From positions 10,233 to 74,232 of the forward strand of contig CANRVY010000002.1 of the NCBI GenBank assembly GCA_947643405.1: a DNA stretch of 64,000 nucleotides, read 5' to 3'. The translations under genes were made by a program, and so were the position numbers. The notes beneath the pieces were generated by a model, which was not told the DNA's origin, ran no database searches, and saw only the letters and a program-made list of their open reading frames with translations. This DNA comes from an uncultured Mycoplasmatota bacterium (lineage in GTDB: Bacteria; Bacillota_I; Bacilli_A; RF39; UBA660). Each line of letters opens with the position of its first letter. Positions within the stretch are counted from its first letter, which is position 1. Of the stretch, positions 1 to 9,224 are shown in pieces.

Positions 1-623
1 CTTTTTAATACAATGTTTTCAATGAGTTTAAATATGTCTGCATCAATGTTTTTTGTAGTTAGATTTAAAATGTCGTTTTCGGTGACAGTTTTTTCTTTAT
101 TTTTATAAGTTTTAATTTTATCACATTCTTGTTTTAATATTTGTAGATTGTCACCTACTCTATCAACAAGTAGTTGTATAGCGTTAGATTTAATCTCGTA
201 ATCCCCAAACATTTCTTTTATAATTGCATTTAAGTTTTGGTTTCTCCCGATTTCTATAACTGAGCCAACTTTTTTGATGGATTTTGTTATTTTCTTTCGC
301 TCATCTAACTTCTCAGATAAAATAAAGAATATTAAAATAGTATCTGGATTAAAATGGTCTAAGTAAGACAATAATAAGTCAGTATTTTGTTCTATGGAAC
401 TTTTTTTTGTTGTTCCTGTAAAAATGTAACTATTTGCTACAACAATTCCTTTTTTGTCTCCAAACATAGAGATAGTGGTTGCATCTTCTATGATGCTATT
501 TAAAGAATCGTTTTCTAAATCGTATTTATTGATACTATATTCTGATAGATGTTCTTTTTTTATGATTTCTTCTATCTTTTTTTCAATTAATAATAGCTCT
601 TTGCCATAAAGTAAATATATCAT
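1..623 (-). CDS. holA: DNA polymerase III delta subunit (HolA-like), N-terminal part; ORF runs off left window edge
   Basis: Own translation from ATG at 623: MIYLLYGKELLLIEKKIEEIIKK...SMFGDKKGIVVAN...DIFKLIENIVLK, open to position 1 (absent from ORF track because no stop in window). The LYGKE-type N-terminus is typical of HolA. ATGA overlap with the stop of the upstream PAP2 gene. Confidence 0.6.
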   Translation of the reverse strand, partial: MIYLLYGKELLLIEKKIEEIIKKEHLSEYSINKYDLENDSLNSIIEDATTISMFGDKKGIVVANSYIFTGTTKKSSIEQNTDLLLSYLDHFNPDTILIFFILSEKLDERKKITKSIKKVGSVIEIGRNQNLNAIIKEMFGDYEIKSNAIQLLVDRVGDNLQILKQECDKIKTYKNKEKTVTENDILNLTTKNIDADIFKLIENIVLK

Positions 624-1225
624 GCTTTTTTATCCTTTCTTCTGAGTAAGCTTCCAATTCCTAAAGTAAGAGCACCTAAAGAGTAACCTGCTAATACATC
701 ACTAAAATAGTGTACCCCAAGATAAATTCGGCTAAAGCCTATTCCTAAAATGAATAAGAAACCTGGAATGAACATCCATAATTTCTTTGTTCGTTCTATA
801 AAATATGTTAAAAGATATCCATAAAAAGATACTGAAATAATAGAATGGCCACTTGGAAAACTATAACCATCAATAGGAATCAATCTTAAAATGTCTGGTC
901 TTTCTCTCATAAAAATGAGTTTTAAGAAAACAATAAAACATACACTCATTAGCAGAATGAAACAAAAGGGTTTTAGTTCTTTTCTTTCTTTTTTGAAAAG
1001 GTAAATTGCCCATATACTAGAAAATACTACAATTGTTTTTGGTTCTCCAAGAAGTGTAAAAACTTTCATGATTGTTGTAATAGGCTCCCCAATAAATCCT
1101 TCCATCTTGTGATAAATCCATAAATCAATAGGAAGAACTTGATTACATAATAATAATATAGTGATAAATAAAAAGCAGACAAATGGTATCCATATTTCTT
1201 TATATTTTTTAATCATCATTATCAC
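620..1225 (-). CDS. PAP2-family lipid phosphate phosphatase (BcrC/PgpB-like membrane protein)
   Basis: All three PAP2 motifs present: KLIFMRERP, SFPSGHS, SRIYLGVHYFSDV. Multiple TM segments. Confidence 0.85.
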   Translation of the reverse strand: MIMMIKKYKEIWIPFVCFLFITILLLCNQVLPIDLWIYHKMEGFIGEPITTIMKVFTLLGEPKTIVVFSSIWAIYLFKKERKELKPFCFILLMSVCFIVFLKLIFMRERPDILRLIPIDGYSFPSGHSIISVSFYGYLLTYFIERTKKLWMFIPGFLFILGIGFSRIYLGVHYFSDVLAGYSLGALTLGIGSLLRRKDKKA

Positions 1226-1275
1226 CTACTATATTATAGCACGTATGAATTCTATCGTAAATTGTAAAAAAGAAA

Positions 1276-1295
1276 AAGAGACAAATTTGTCTCTT
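1276..1295 (-). terminator. Rho-independent terminator after ORF 1294..1746
   Basis: Perfect 10+10 palindrome AAGAGACAAATTTGTCTCTT overlapping the stop codon, followed on the minus strand by a T-rich tail. Confidence 0.6.
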
Positions 1296-1746
1296 ATTCA
1301 AAAGTAATATTGCTATATAATAAGGAAGCTTGTCTATCAAAGTTTTTCTTTAATAATGGTAGATTTACCAATAAAGAAATTCCTACTATCAGAATATTTA
1401 ATGTATTTGACAATGATAATAAAACCATCATACCAATAAAGAAACACCAATCTTTAATAACTGCTTTTCTTAATGGTAATAGATTTTTTTTCGCTATTTT
1501 TTGGTTATTGAAAATATTGTACACTCCAATTCTACCAGCTATATACCAGATTAGGATATTTAATCCTAATTCAATAGGTGTCATTACAAAGTAAAATGTC
1601 TCTGTTGATATATTATGAATTAATAGGTGTTTTAATCCTCCTACAATGACAAATGTAAGAACTGCTAAAACGAGTTGTACAAGAAATACTGTCACACAGA
1701 AATACATATTTCTTTCCGAAACAATATTTTCTTTTTTCTTTTCCAT
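1294..1746 (-). CDS. Small polytopic membrane protein, unknown function
   Basis: ORF-track ORF 1294..1815. Start moved to MEKKKENIV (ATG 1746), which is preceded by GGAGAG 8 nt upstream. About 4 hydrophobic helices. Confidence 0.5.
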   Translation of the reverse strand: MEKKKENIVSERNMYFCVTVFLVQLVLAVLTFVIVGGLKHLLIHNISTETFYFVMTPIELGLNILIWYIAGRIGVYNIFNNQKIAKKNLLPLRKAVIKDWCFFIGMMVLLSLSNTLNILIVGISLLVNLPLLKKNFDRQASLLYSNITFE

Positions 1747-1832
1747 TTTAAATCTCTCCTTTTTCATGTGAGCAGTGCCTATTTTAACATAAGTCTTAAG
1801 TTGTGTCAAATTCATAAAAAAAGATAGATGAA

Positions 1833-3257
1833 CTATCTTTCGATTGGAATTTCAAAGTAAAAGGTTGTTCCTTTTCCCTTTTTAGAAATGACTCCATATT
1901 GAAATTTGTGGTCTTCTAGTATTTTTTTTACAATGGAAAGACCTAATCCAGTTCCTATTATGTTTCTTTGATGTTTTTTTTCACTCTTGTAATATTTATT
2001 CCATATATGTGGTAAGTCTTTTGAAGATATTCCTTTTCCACTATCTGTAATTTCTACTTTGACTTTATTTTCAAGTTTTAAAATTTTTATCCAAATGGTT
2101 TTATTTTCCCCTGTATAGCTAATTGCATTGTTGATTAGATTATAAATAACTTGTTCCATTTTTTTTATATCAGCATGAATGATAATGGATTCATTTTCTT
2201 CAAAAATGAAGGTGTAATTCTCGGTTTCTCTTAATATATCATATCGTTTTAATATTTTTTCCATCAATTTTGTTAAATCAATTTTTTCCTTTTTTAATGG
2301 TTCAATAGAAGCTTGTACTTTTGAAAGCTCTAAAATATCGTTTACAAGAATATTAAGTCTGTCTGCTTCTTCAATGATAATATTTAAGTTTTGATTTCTT
2401 TTTTCTTTGTTGTTAGAGTTTAAGTCTCGTGCCATTTCTGCATAGGCTTTAATCATGGTAAGTGGAGTTTTTAAGTCATGTGATACATTAGCCATTAAAT
2501 CTCTTCGTAATTCTTCTGTTTTAGAGAGCTCATTTTTCGCATGATTTAATGTATTTGATAAAACTTGTATTTCTGCGATATCTGTTTTTCCATTAAATTC
2601 AAAATTATAGTCTCCTTTTGACATCTTTCTGGCTCCATCATTCAGCTCAATGATTGGTGCTGATATCTTTTTTGATATGAAATAAGCTATGACAAAGGAT
2701 AGTAATAAGACAATAATGGTGACATAAATCAGTTGCGTAGATAATATCTTTGTAGTTGCATCTAGAGGTTCTAAAGAGGCACTAATAAATGCGTAAGTTT
2801 GACTATCTAATTTGACTCCATAAATTAGAATTTTGTTTTTAAAATCAGAATTTGTAACAATGTAACTTTGTTTTTTGAGTCCACTTTCTATAAAATGATA
2901 TTGGTAGGATGTTCTATTTTTTTTATCAAACATCATGCATCCTCTATTAAAAGAGCTAGAAATAAATGCAGCATCTCCTTTTTGGAGTACTTCAATGCAA
3001 ACTCCTTTTTCGTAAGCAATCATGTTGAACATAGTTTCAATATTGTTTTTATCATAAGTTTCTATAATTTTATTAGCAGTTTCATTCAAATCTTTCTTTT
3101 TAGACCATTCATAATAGTTATCTAAAAAAGCAATTTGAAAAAGCCATAAAAATACTAGAATAATACAAGAAAAAAGAGCCAAATAAAGCCAAATTTTGAC
3201 TGTTAAACTATTCTTCTGGAAGGACAAATTTATACCCCATTCCTCTAACTGTAACAA
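1833..3257 (-). CDS. Sensor histidine kinase (TM-HAMP-HisKA-HATPase)
   Basis: H-box SHDLKTPLT, N-box NLINNAISYT, G-boxes DSGKGI and GTGLGLSIV. The N-terminal 50 nt overlap the response-regulator gene, so the true start may be internal (for example TTG in INLSF). Confidence 0.9.
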   Translation of the reverse strand: MLQLEEWGINLSFQKNSLTVKIWLYLALFSCIILVFLWLFQIAFLDNYYEWSKKKDLNETANKIIETYDKNNIETMFNMIAYEKGVCIEVLQKGDAAFISSSFNRGCMMFDKKNRTSYQYHFIESGLKKQSYIVTNSDFKNKILIYGVKLDSQTYAFISASLEPLDATTKILSTQLIYVTIIVLLLSFVIAYFISKKISAPIIELNDGARKMSKGDYNFEFNGKTDIAEIQVLSNTLNHAKNELSKTEELRRDLMANVSHDLKTPLTMIKAYAEMARDLNSNNKEKRNQNLNIIIEEADRLNILVNDILELSKVQASIEPLKKEKIDLTKLMEKILKRYDILRETENYTFIFEENESIIIHADIKKMEQVIYNLINNAISYTGENKTIWIKILKLENKVKVEITDSGKGISSKDLPHIWNKYYKSEKKHQRNIIGTGLGLSIVKKILEDHKFQYGVISKKGKGTTFYFEIPIER

Positions 3258-3876
3258 TTAAATCTCTGTATTTTCCTAGATTATTACGAAGCATTTTAAT
3301 ATGTGTATCTATTGTTCTATCATCTCCATAGAAGTCATATCCCCAAATTTTGCTAAGCAATTGTTCTCTTGAAAGAGCAACATTAGGATTGCTTGTGAAA
3401 TAGATTAAAAGTTCGTATTCTTTTGGAGTAATTGATAATTCTTTTCCTTCAACTGTTACAGTATGAGCTTTTTCATCAATTACTAAGTCATGATAAATAT
3501 AGATGTCATCTCTAATTTTATTACAACGTTTTAAGATTGCTTTTATTCTAGCCATTAACTCTTTTGGACTAAATGGTTTGGTTAAATAGTCATCAACACC
3601 TAATTCAAAACTAGATAATTTATCATATTCTTCTGTTCTGGCAGATAGAATGATAGTTGGAATATTTTTTATTTCTTTCATTTGTTTAAACATATTTAAT
3701 CCATCTAGTTTTGGCATCATAATATCAAGTATTAAACAGTCAATATCTTCCCGTTTAATGATTTCTAGTGCCTCTTCTCCATTACATGCTTCTAAAATTT
3801 CATATCCTTCATGTAATGCATATTCTTTTACAACTTCTCTAATTAAAATTTCATCATCTACAATTAATAATTTCAT
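3208..3876 (-). CDS. OmpR-family response regulator
   Basis: Receiver motifs (DDE, LILDIMMPKLDG, KPF) plus a winged-helix C-terminus (TVRGMGYKF). Confidence 0.9.
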   Translation of the reverse strand: MKLLIVDDEILIREVVKEYALHEGYEILEACNGEEALEIIKREDIDCLILDIMMPKLDGLNMFKQMKEIKNIPTIILSARTEEYDKLSSFELGVDDYLTKPFSPKELMARIKAILKRCNKIRDDIYIYHDLVIDEKAHTVTVEGKELSITPKEYELLIYFTSNPNVALSREQLLSKIWGYDFYGDDRTIDTHIKMLRNNLGKYRDLIVTVRGMGYKFVLPEE

Positions 3877-4016
3877 AGTTCACCTCTATATTTTATTATA
3901 CATAAAAATATGTAGTTTGCGTGAAAAAAAAGAAAAGTCATCAATTGATGACCAATATTTTCAATTTATTTTAAAATAAATAAGCGTGTTATACTACTTT
4001 CTCTTTCTGATTTGAT

Positions 4017-4406
4017 TTAATTAGATAAAATCTCTGTTACATCATAATTAAAAATAAATATATTTTTATCATTTGTTAATATTTCAGTTCCATTTTCAAT
4101 ATATTTATAATCTTTTATTTCATTTCTTGAAATTTCTTTTATTGATTCATATGTTGGAGGAATATAACAACCTCTTGTTATATTAAAAATTTCAAGTATC
4201 GTATTTTTATTTACATCTTGTAAAAAAATAATTCTTTTATTTGTTATCATAACAGCAATATTTATACGTGCTCCGTTATATTCTACTGTAGCTTCAGGGG
4301 TTTCAAATTGAATTACTTCATCATCGCCTAAGTTTATAACTGTTTTATACATAATTATCAAATCCTTTACTATTATAACCTTATCATATAGTAATTTATA
4401 AGTCAA
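4017..4406 (-). CDS. Hypothetical small protein, possible bacterial PH-like fold
   Basis: Only weak motif evidence: VMITNKRIIFLQD resembles the core strand of bacterial PH (YokE-like) domains. Confidence 0.4.
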   Translation of the reverse strand: MTYKLLYDKVIIVKDLIIMYKTVINLGDDEVIQFETPEATVEYNGARINIAVMITNKRIIFLQDVNKNTILEIFNITRGCYIPPTYESIKEISRNEIKDYKYIENGTEILTNDKNIFIFNYDVTEILSN

Positions 4407-4477
4407 ATTGATATTATCATGCTTAAAGTTGTCATGAAAAAGGGGAAAAGTTTACAAAAAAATAAGCCAAAATTGAC

Positions 4478-5488
4478 TTATTTTAAAGCTGTAGGATTTT
4501 TTCTGTATTGTGCTTCTCTTTCAGAGTTGTATCCTTTTACAATATTTTTATTTTTCACTCTAAAAATTTCCATTACTTTTTTTCTTTCTGCTAAATTTAA
4601 AGGTAATGACATTCCAATTTTATCTTTAAATTTAACCACTAAACTTTTTCCAGTTTCAACAAGACCATAACGTTTTATTCCTTTTTCGTACATCCATACA
4701 GCTTCATTTACTTTATGATAAGTAAAATTGTAACCTCTTGTATCAAAAATATAATTGTTTGTAATTCTAATATCTTTGTTTTTAAATAAGTATGGTCCAT
4801 TTTGATATTCGAAACTAGCTTTGTCTGCATTTTCTTCTTTTTCTAGTGTCTTTCTTCCATATATAATAAATTTATTTGGATTTACAATCATTTTTAAGCC
4901 TTCATATACTTTAAATAGCAGTAATAAAATAATGACGCCTACTAGAATAATTAAAAAGATAAATGGAAATCCTTCCCCATCATATTGGTTCAGCATGTAA
5001 TTAAAAAACATTCCTCTTGTTTGTTCTTCTGTAATAATTTCTGCTTCATTTGTAAAGCGTTCAATATAATCTTTTTCTACTTTTTCTTTTGTTTCTTTAA
5101 ATACTTTATTTTTAAATGGAGTAAAATTTCCAGAAATTTCTCGTTCTCCAGTTTGCGCTAAAAGTTCATCAGCGGTTGTAGTATCTGCGAGTGTTAAAAT
5201 AACATATCCTTCCAAATCGACATCTAGAAATTTTCCAACCGTAACACCATCTACCACATAATTATATCCAACATCATAAATGTTTGCCGTTTTAATTGTT
5301 GTAAATCGTCCTTCTTGCTGACATTTTTGAAGTTCTTTATAATTGGTTGCTACACAAGTCCCTTTAAATGTTCCAGTAACTTGTTTATGAAAAATAATTA
5401 ACGGAGTAAACATTATTATCGTTAAAATGAGATATAAAAGTGTTTTTTTGATTCCTTTCTTTTTGATTATCTCTTTAAATTCTTTCAT
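4478..5488 (-). CDS. Hypothetical membrane protein (2 TM)
   Basis: Long ORF with an N-terminal TM (LLYLILTIIMFTPLIIF) and a central TM (FPFIFLIILVGVIILLLLF). No recognisable catalytic motif. Confidence 0.5.
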   Translation of the reverse strand: MKEFKEIIKKKGIKKTLLYLILTIIMFTPLIIFHKQVTGTFKGTCVATNYKELQKCQQEGRFTTIKTANIYDVGYNYVVDGVTVGKFLDVDLEGYVILTLADTTTADELLAQTGEREISGNFTPFKNKVFKETKEKVEKDYIERFTNEAEIITEEQTRGMFFNYMLNQYDGEGFPFIFLIILVGVIILLLLFKVYEGLKMIVNPNKFIIYGRKTLEKEENADKASFEYQNGPYLFKNKDIRITNNYIFDTRGYNFTYHKVNEAVWMYEKGIKRYGLVETGKSLVVKFKDKIGMSLPLNLAERKKVMEIFRVKNKNIVKGYNSEREAQYRKNPTALK

Positions 5489-5563
5489 ATAAATCCCCTC
5501 TCATCGAATAATCGTATTTATTATATCATATTTTTTTATCTAGAACAAAAAAAGAAATTATTT

Positions 5564-6598
5564 TCATAATTTCTTCAAAGCAGTTGCTTGGTAAAATCCA
5601 GTTGTTCCTGTTTCATTTCCAACACGGTATGGGTATGGTGCTTGAGAGTCAATTGCAAGAATTGTTCTTTTGTATCCAATTCCCCAAGCGATTTTTCCAC
5701 TTCCGTCTTTAGAAGCACGGCCAGGTGCAATAATTGTAACAGTATCTCCAACTGATAATTCATTCCCAGAGCTTACTTTTAAATCATTTTCACTTACCCA
5801 ACCTAATCCATTATTGATGTTATAAGGTTTTGTCGCATTTGCGTTATCGTTAACTCTACTGATAATTGCATTCAAGTTGGTTCTATTTTGTCCTGGACCA
5901 TTTCCATAACTATCTTTATATAAAGTTCCTGTGAATATTACTCGGTCTCCGACTTTGAATTTTCTAGTTGGTGGAATTTCATCTTCTAAATGATTTAATC
6001 CTTTTTCGCGAATTAATTTTGGGTAATCTTTATAAGCAATATCTCCATCAACATATCCATCGATTCCTGAGAGTGTTAATTTTGAAGTGTATTGCCACAT
6101 TCCAAATGGCTTTGTGTAAGTTGGCTCATTACTCCATTGTGCTAACCAATGGTCAAATTTATCTAATTTAGGACTGTTTAATCTGTTTACAAACCAATCT
6201 AGATTTGCATATATTCCAACATAGTAACCAGCTTCTTCCATCTTTTGACAATAATGATAAACAATATCATTTAAAGTCTCTAATGGAAGTTTTTTTTGAA
6301 CTTCACTTTCTACATCTAAAAAGATTGGATATTCTATTTTTTTGTTTTTGATTAAACGTAATGTATGTTCTACTTCACTGTTTGCTTGCTCAATTGTTGT
6401 TGCATAACTATATAAATATACTCCATATGGAATGTTTAAACGTTCGCATTCTTGTGTATTTCTTTCATATTTGTTATCATCTTGTGATGTTAAATTATTG
6501 CCAAATCCACACCTGATAATGGCGAAATCAATTGATTTTTTGACTTCATCCCAATTGATATTTCCTTGATGGGTCGATACATCGATTCCTTTTGCCAT
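5564..6598 (-). CDS. GH25 muramidase (lysozyme) with two C-terminal SH3b-like repeats, no signal peptide
   Basis: N-terminus MAKGIDVSTHQGNINW and FLDVE are GH25 hallmarks. The C-terminus carries two related modules: FKVGDRVIFTG...GWVSENDL and LSVGDTVTI...GFYQATAL. Confidence 0.85.
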   Translation of the reverse strand: MAKGIDVSTHQGNINWDEVKKSIDFAIIRCGFGNNLTSQDDNKYERNTQECERLNIPYGVYLYSYATTIEQANSEVEHTLRLIKNKKIEYPIFLDVESEVQKKLPLETLNDIVYHYCQKMEEAGYYVGIYANLDWFVNRLNSPKLDKFDHWLAQWSNEPTYTKPFGMWQYTSKLTLSGIDGYVDGDIAYKDYPKLIREKGLNHLEDEIPPTRKFKVGDRVIFTGTLYKDSYGNGPGQNRTNLNAIISRVNDNANATKPYNINNGLGWVSENDLKVSSGNELSVGDTVTIIAPGRASKDGSGKIAWGIGYKRTILAIDSQAPYPYRVGNETGTTGFYQATALKKL

Positions 6599-6682
6599 AC
6601 AAAAACCTCCTTTCCTTTTATTTTATGAAAGGCGTTTTTTTTGAAATAGCGAAAATGACTAAAAAAGAGAACTTTCATTCTC

Positions 6683-7510
6683 TTAGAAAATAACCATTCC
6701 GATTACAATTAATGCAAGTATGATACGATACCACATAAAAATTTTAAAGTCATGCTTCTTTAAGTATTTTAATAAAAACTCAATACATAATAGTCCTGCG
6801 ATAAAAGCAACTAAAATGCCTATTATGAAGATATTCGCATTGGCTCCTATCACTTTCCATGTTTCACTTTTTAACAAATGTAAAGTGACAGCTCCTAAGA
6901 CAACTGGGGCAGATAAATAAAAGGAAAATTTTGCAGCATCTTCTCTATTTAGTTTTAATGTTCTAGCAGCAGCAATGGTTGTTCCACTTCTAGAAAATCC
7001 TGGGATAAGGGCGAATACCTGAGCACAACCAATGATAACAGCTTCTTTTAAGCTCATCTTTTCAATAGAGTTTGTCTGTTTTGATACTTTGTCAGCAAAA
7101 TAAATGATAATTCCCATAATTGCTAAAGCGAGTGCGATTAAAATGTAGTTACTTCTAATTGCATTTTCTATCAGGTCTTCAAAAAGAACTCCTACAATGG
7201 CAGCTGGTATGGTTGCAAAAACCAAAAACCATAGAATTTTTCCTTCTTTATCATGGATTCCTTTGGTAAATCCTTTTATAATCATTTGAATAAAATCTTT
7301 AAAGAAATAAATTCCAATGGCAAGTAATGTTCCTAAATGGAGTGCGATATCTAAACAGAGTGCTACATTTTCATGAATTCCATCCCCTATTCCGAATATA
7401 TCCCTAAAAATAATGAGATGGGCAGATGAAGAAATTGGCAGGAATTCTGCAATTCCTTGAACAATTCCCAAAATAACAATTTCAAATATTCCCATAACTT
7501 GTTCCTCCAA
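6683..7510 (-). CDS. uppP: Undecaprenyl-diphosphate phosphatase
   Basis: GIAEFLPISSSAHL and GFSRSGTTI motifs; 8-TM protein of typical length. Confidence 0.9.
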   Translation of the reverse strand: MEEQVMGIFEIVILGIVQGIAEFLPISSSAHLIIFRDIFGIGDGIHENVALCLDIALHLGTLLAIGIYFFKDFIQMIIKGFTKGIHDKEGKILWFLVFATIPAAIVGVLFEDLIENAIRSNYILIALALAIMGIIIYFADKVSKQTNSIEKMSLKEAVIIGCAQVFALIPGFSRSGTTIAAARTLKLNREDAAKFSFYLSAPVVLGAVTLHLLKSETWKVIGANANIFIIGILVAFIAGLLCIEFLLKYLKKHDFKIFMWYRIILALIVIGMVIF

Positions 7511-7551
7511 TTCTAATAATCATTATATCAGTTTTTGATGCAATTTAGAAG

Positions 7552-8232
7552 CTAAGAATTTAAATTCATCGGTTCATTGACAAACTCCTTGTCTTCTCTT
7601 AATAATTCGTGCATATATTCTTCTTCATTTTTTAGGGATACTTCTTCGATTCTATCTACTCTACATTTTTCTGCTTTGATAATAGAAAGAACTTTGTCTG
7701 CTGCTGTTACTAACTCATCATTGACAACAACATAATTATATTTTGTTACTTCATTGATTTCTTTGTAAGCAATTTTAAAGCGTTCTAATATTTTTTCTTT
7801 GGTGTCTGTTCCTCTATTTTCAAGTCTTCTTTTTAATTCTTTCAATGAGGGAGGCATGATAAAAATGCAAAGTGCTTCAGGTATTTGTTTTTTGACATTC
7901 ATTGCTCCTTCGATTTCAATTTCTAAGATAACGTCTTGTCCTTTATCCAAGTGTTCTTGAATTTGTGCTTTTGGTGTACCATAATAATTTCCAGCATAAT
8001 TGGTATACTCTAAAAAATAGTTTTCTTTTAATTTTTCTTCGAATTCTTCTTTTGATATAAAATAATAGGTGACTCCTTCTTGGTCGTTGGTTCGTGGTTT
8101 TCTAGTGGTTGCTGAAATAGAGACCCAAAGGTTTTCACTTTGATGAAGCATTTCTTTGATAACAGAGCCTTTCCCTGCACCAGAAGGTGCTGAAATAATA
8201 ATTAAAATTCCTTGTTTTTTTGATTTTATCAC
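7552..8232 (-). CDS. gmk: Guanylate kinase
   Basis: P-loop SAPSGAGKGS, ATTRKPR, YYFISKEEF. C-terminal extension of roughly 20-25 aa. Confidence 0.9.
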   Translation of the reverse strand: MIKSKKQGILIIISAPSGAGKGSVIKEMLHQSENLWVSISATTRKPRTNDQEGVTYYFISKEEFEEKLKENYFLEYTNYAGNYYGTPKAQIQEHLDKGQDVILEIEIEGAMNVKKQIPEALCIFIMPPSLKELKRRLENRGTDTKEKILERFKIAYKEINEVTKYNYVVVNDELVTAADKVLSIIKAEKCRVDRIEEVSLKNEEEYMHELLREDKEFVNEPMNLNS

Positions 8233-8285
8233 AATAATTCCCCTCCCTTTGTTATCACATTATAACATATTTTATAGAAAAAGAA

Positions 8286-9221
8286 CTAAAAAAGTTCTAA
8301 TTGTGTTTGTTCTTTTCCTTTTGGAACATATTTTTGATAATTTCGATTCACTTGATATTCTTTTTCTAACTGATTTAAAAGTTTAAATAGTTGTATTTTA
8401 TATTCTTTCATCTTGTCTTTCTGATGATATAAGTTCCATAGTTTCTGATGCTTTTCAGGAAAGGATGTCAAAACGAATTGAAAAAACTCTGTTCTTGTAA
8501 TTCCTCTTAAGTTTAGTAAACCAGTTATCATATAGTCAACTTTGCATTTAGAAGCCACTTCAAAAATATTTTTTAAATTGTTTCTAGTAGCTGTGATATA
8601 AGGTATGATTGGCATCAAATGCCAACCGACAGTTAGTCCTTCTTCCCCCAGTTTTTGAATGGTTTGAATTCGTTTTTTTACTGAGGATGCATTTGGTTCT
8701 ATGATACTTGCTAAATTTTGGTCTAAGGTTGTAATGGTACAAGCAATTTGTACACCAGCTACTTTTGATAATTCTTTTAATAAATCAATATCTCTTAAAA
8801 TGAGAGATGATTTTGTACTGATAATGGCAGGTGTTTTATATTTGATTAAAAGTTTTAATATTTCTGGCATTAATTTCATTTCTTTTTCAATCGGTTGATA
8901 GCTATCTGTGATGCCACCAAGGTTGATGACATCTCGCTTCCAACTTTTGCTACTTAATTTCTTTTCTAATTCTTCTACAATGTTTTCTTTGATATAAATG
9001 TGGTTAAAAAACTGATTGTCTTCTAAGTAGCGATGAGAATATTTGGCAAAGCAATAAACACAATGGTGTTCACAACCACGATATATGTTTAAATCATAAT
9101 GGTATGGCAAAAAACTATTAATTTTATTTAATGCACTTTTACATGTTATTGTTTGATAACTAAATTTATCACTCATAAATATCACCATATTCATTATATA
9201 ACGAACATAAGTTCTACGCAA
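8286..9221 (-). CDS. Radical SAM protein, SPL (spore-photoproduct-lyase-like, COG1533) family
   Basis: CEHHCVYCFA is a CxxxCxxC cluster motif in SPL-family context (NIYRGCEHHCVYCFAKYS). Likely true start MSDKFSYQ at 9176, with GGTGAT upstream. Confidence 0.75.
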   Translation of the reverse strand: MRRTYVRYIMNMVIFMSDKFSYQTITCKSALNKINSFLPYHYDLNIYRGCEHHCVYCFAKYSHRYLEDNQFFNHIYIKENIVEELEKKLSSKSWKRDVINLGGITDSYQPIEKEMKLMPEILKLLIKYKTPAIISTKSSLILRDIDLLKELSKVAGVQIACTITTLDQNLASIIEPNASSVKKRIQTIQKLGEEGLTVGWHLMPIIPYITATRNNLKNIFEVASKCKVDYMITGLLNLRGITRTEFFQFVLTSFPEKHQKLWNLYHQKDKMKEYKIQLFKLLNQLEKEYQVNRNYQKYVPKGKEQTQLELF

Positions 9222-9224
9222 TGG

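Noticed and set aside
3208-3257. 50-nt overlap between the response regulator and histidine kinase genes as a possible regulatory feature
   Set aside because: More likely a start-codon over-extension of the kinase ORF. An in-frame TTG preceded by GGGG lies within the overlap.
3650-3979. 109-aa ORF antisense to the response regulator. Similar antisense or shadow ORFs occur throughout: 1310..1594, 2868..3125, 4419..4670, 5968..6171, 6720..6920, 8156..8386, 8701..8898, 9319..9510, 13901..14122, 14228..14422, 14732..14914, 15320..15628, 16531..16713, 16822..17025, 17793..18044, 18321..18662, 23981..24223, 24812..25051, 25969..26187, 26823..27077, 28826..29023, 30092..30568, 33678..33941, 34740..34946, 35984..36250, 39080..39407, 40179..40370, 40751..40933, 45260..45499, 45638..45871, 49376..49624, 53127..53342, 54674..54868, 55097..55390, 56093..56362, 57591..57905, 59867..60319
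   Set aside because: Each is nested in, or antisense to, a longer ORF with recognisable motifs. None has a convincing RBS or domain signature.
5575-6678. Same-strand short ORFs 5575..5763 and 6490..6678 overlapping the GH25 gene
   Set aside because: They are out-of-frame shadows of the lysin gene or of its upstream region, and neither has independent support.
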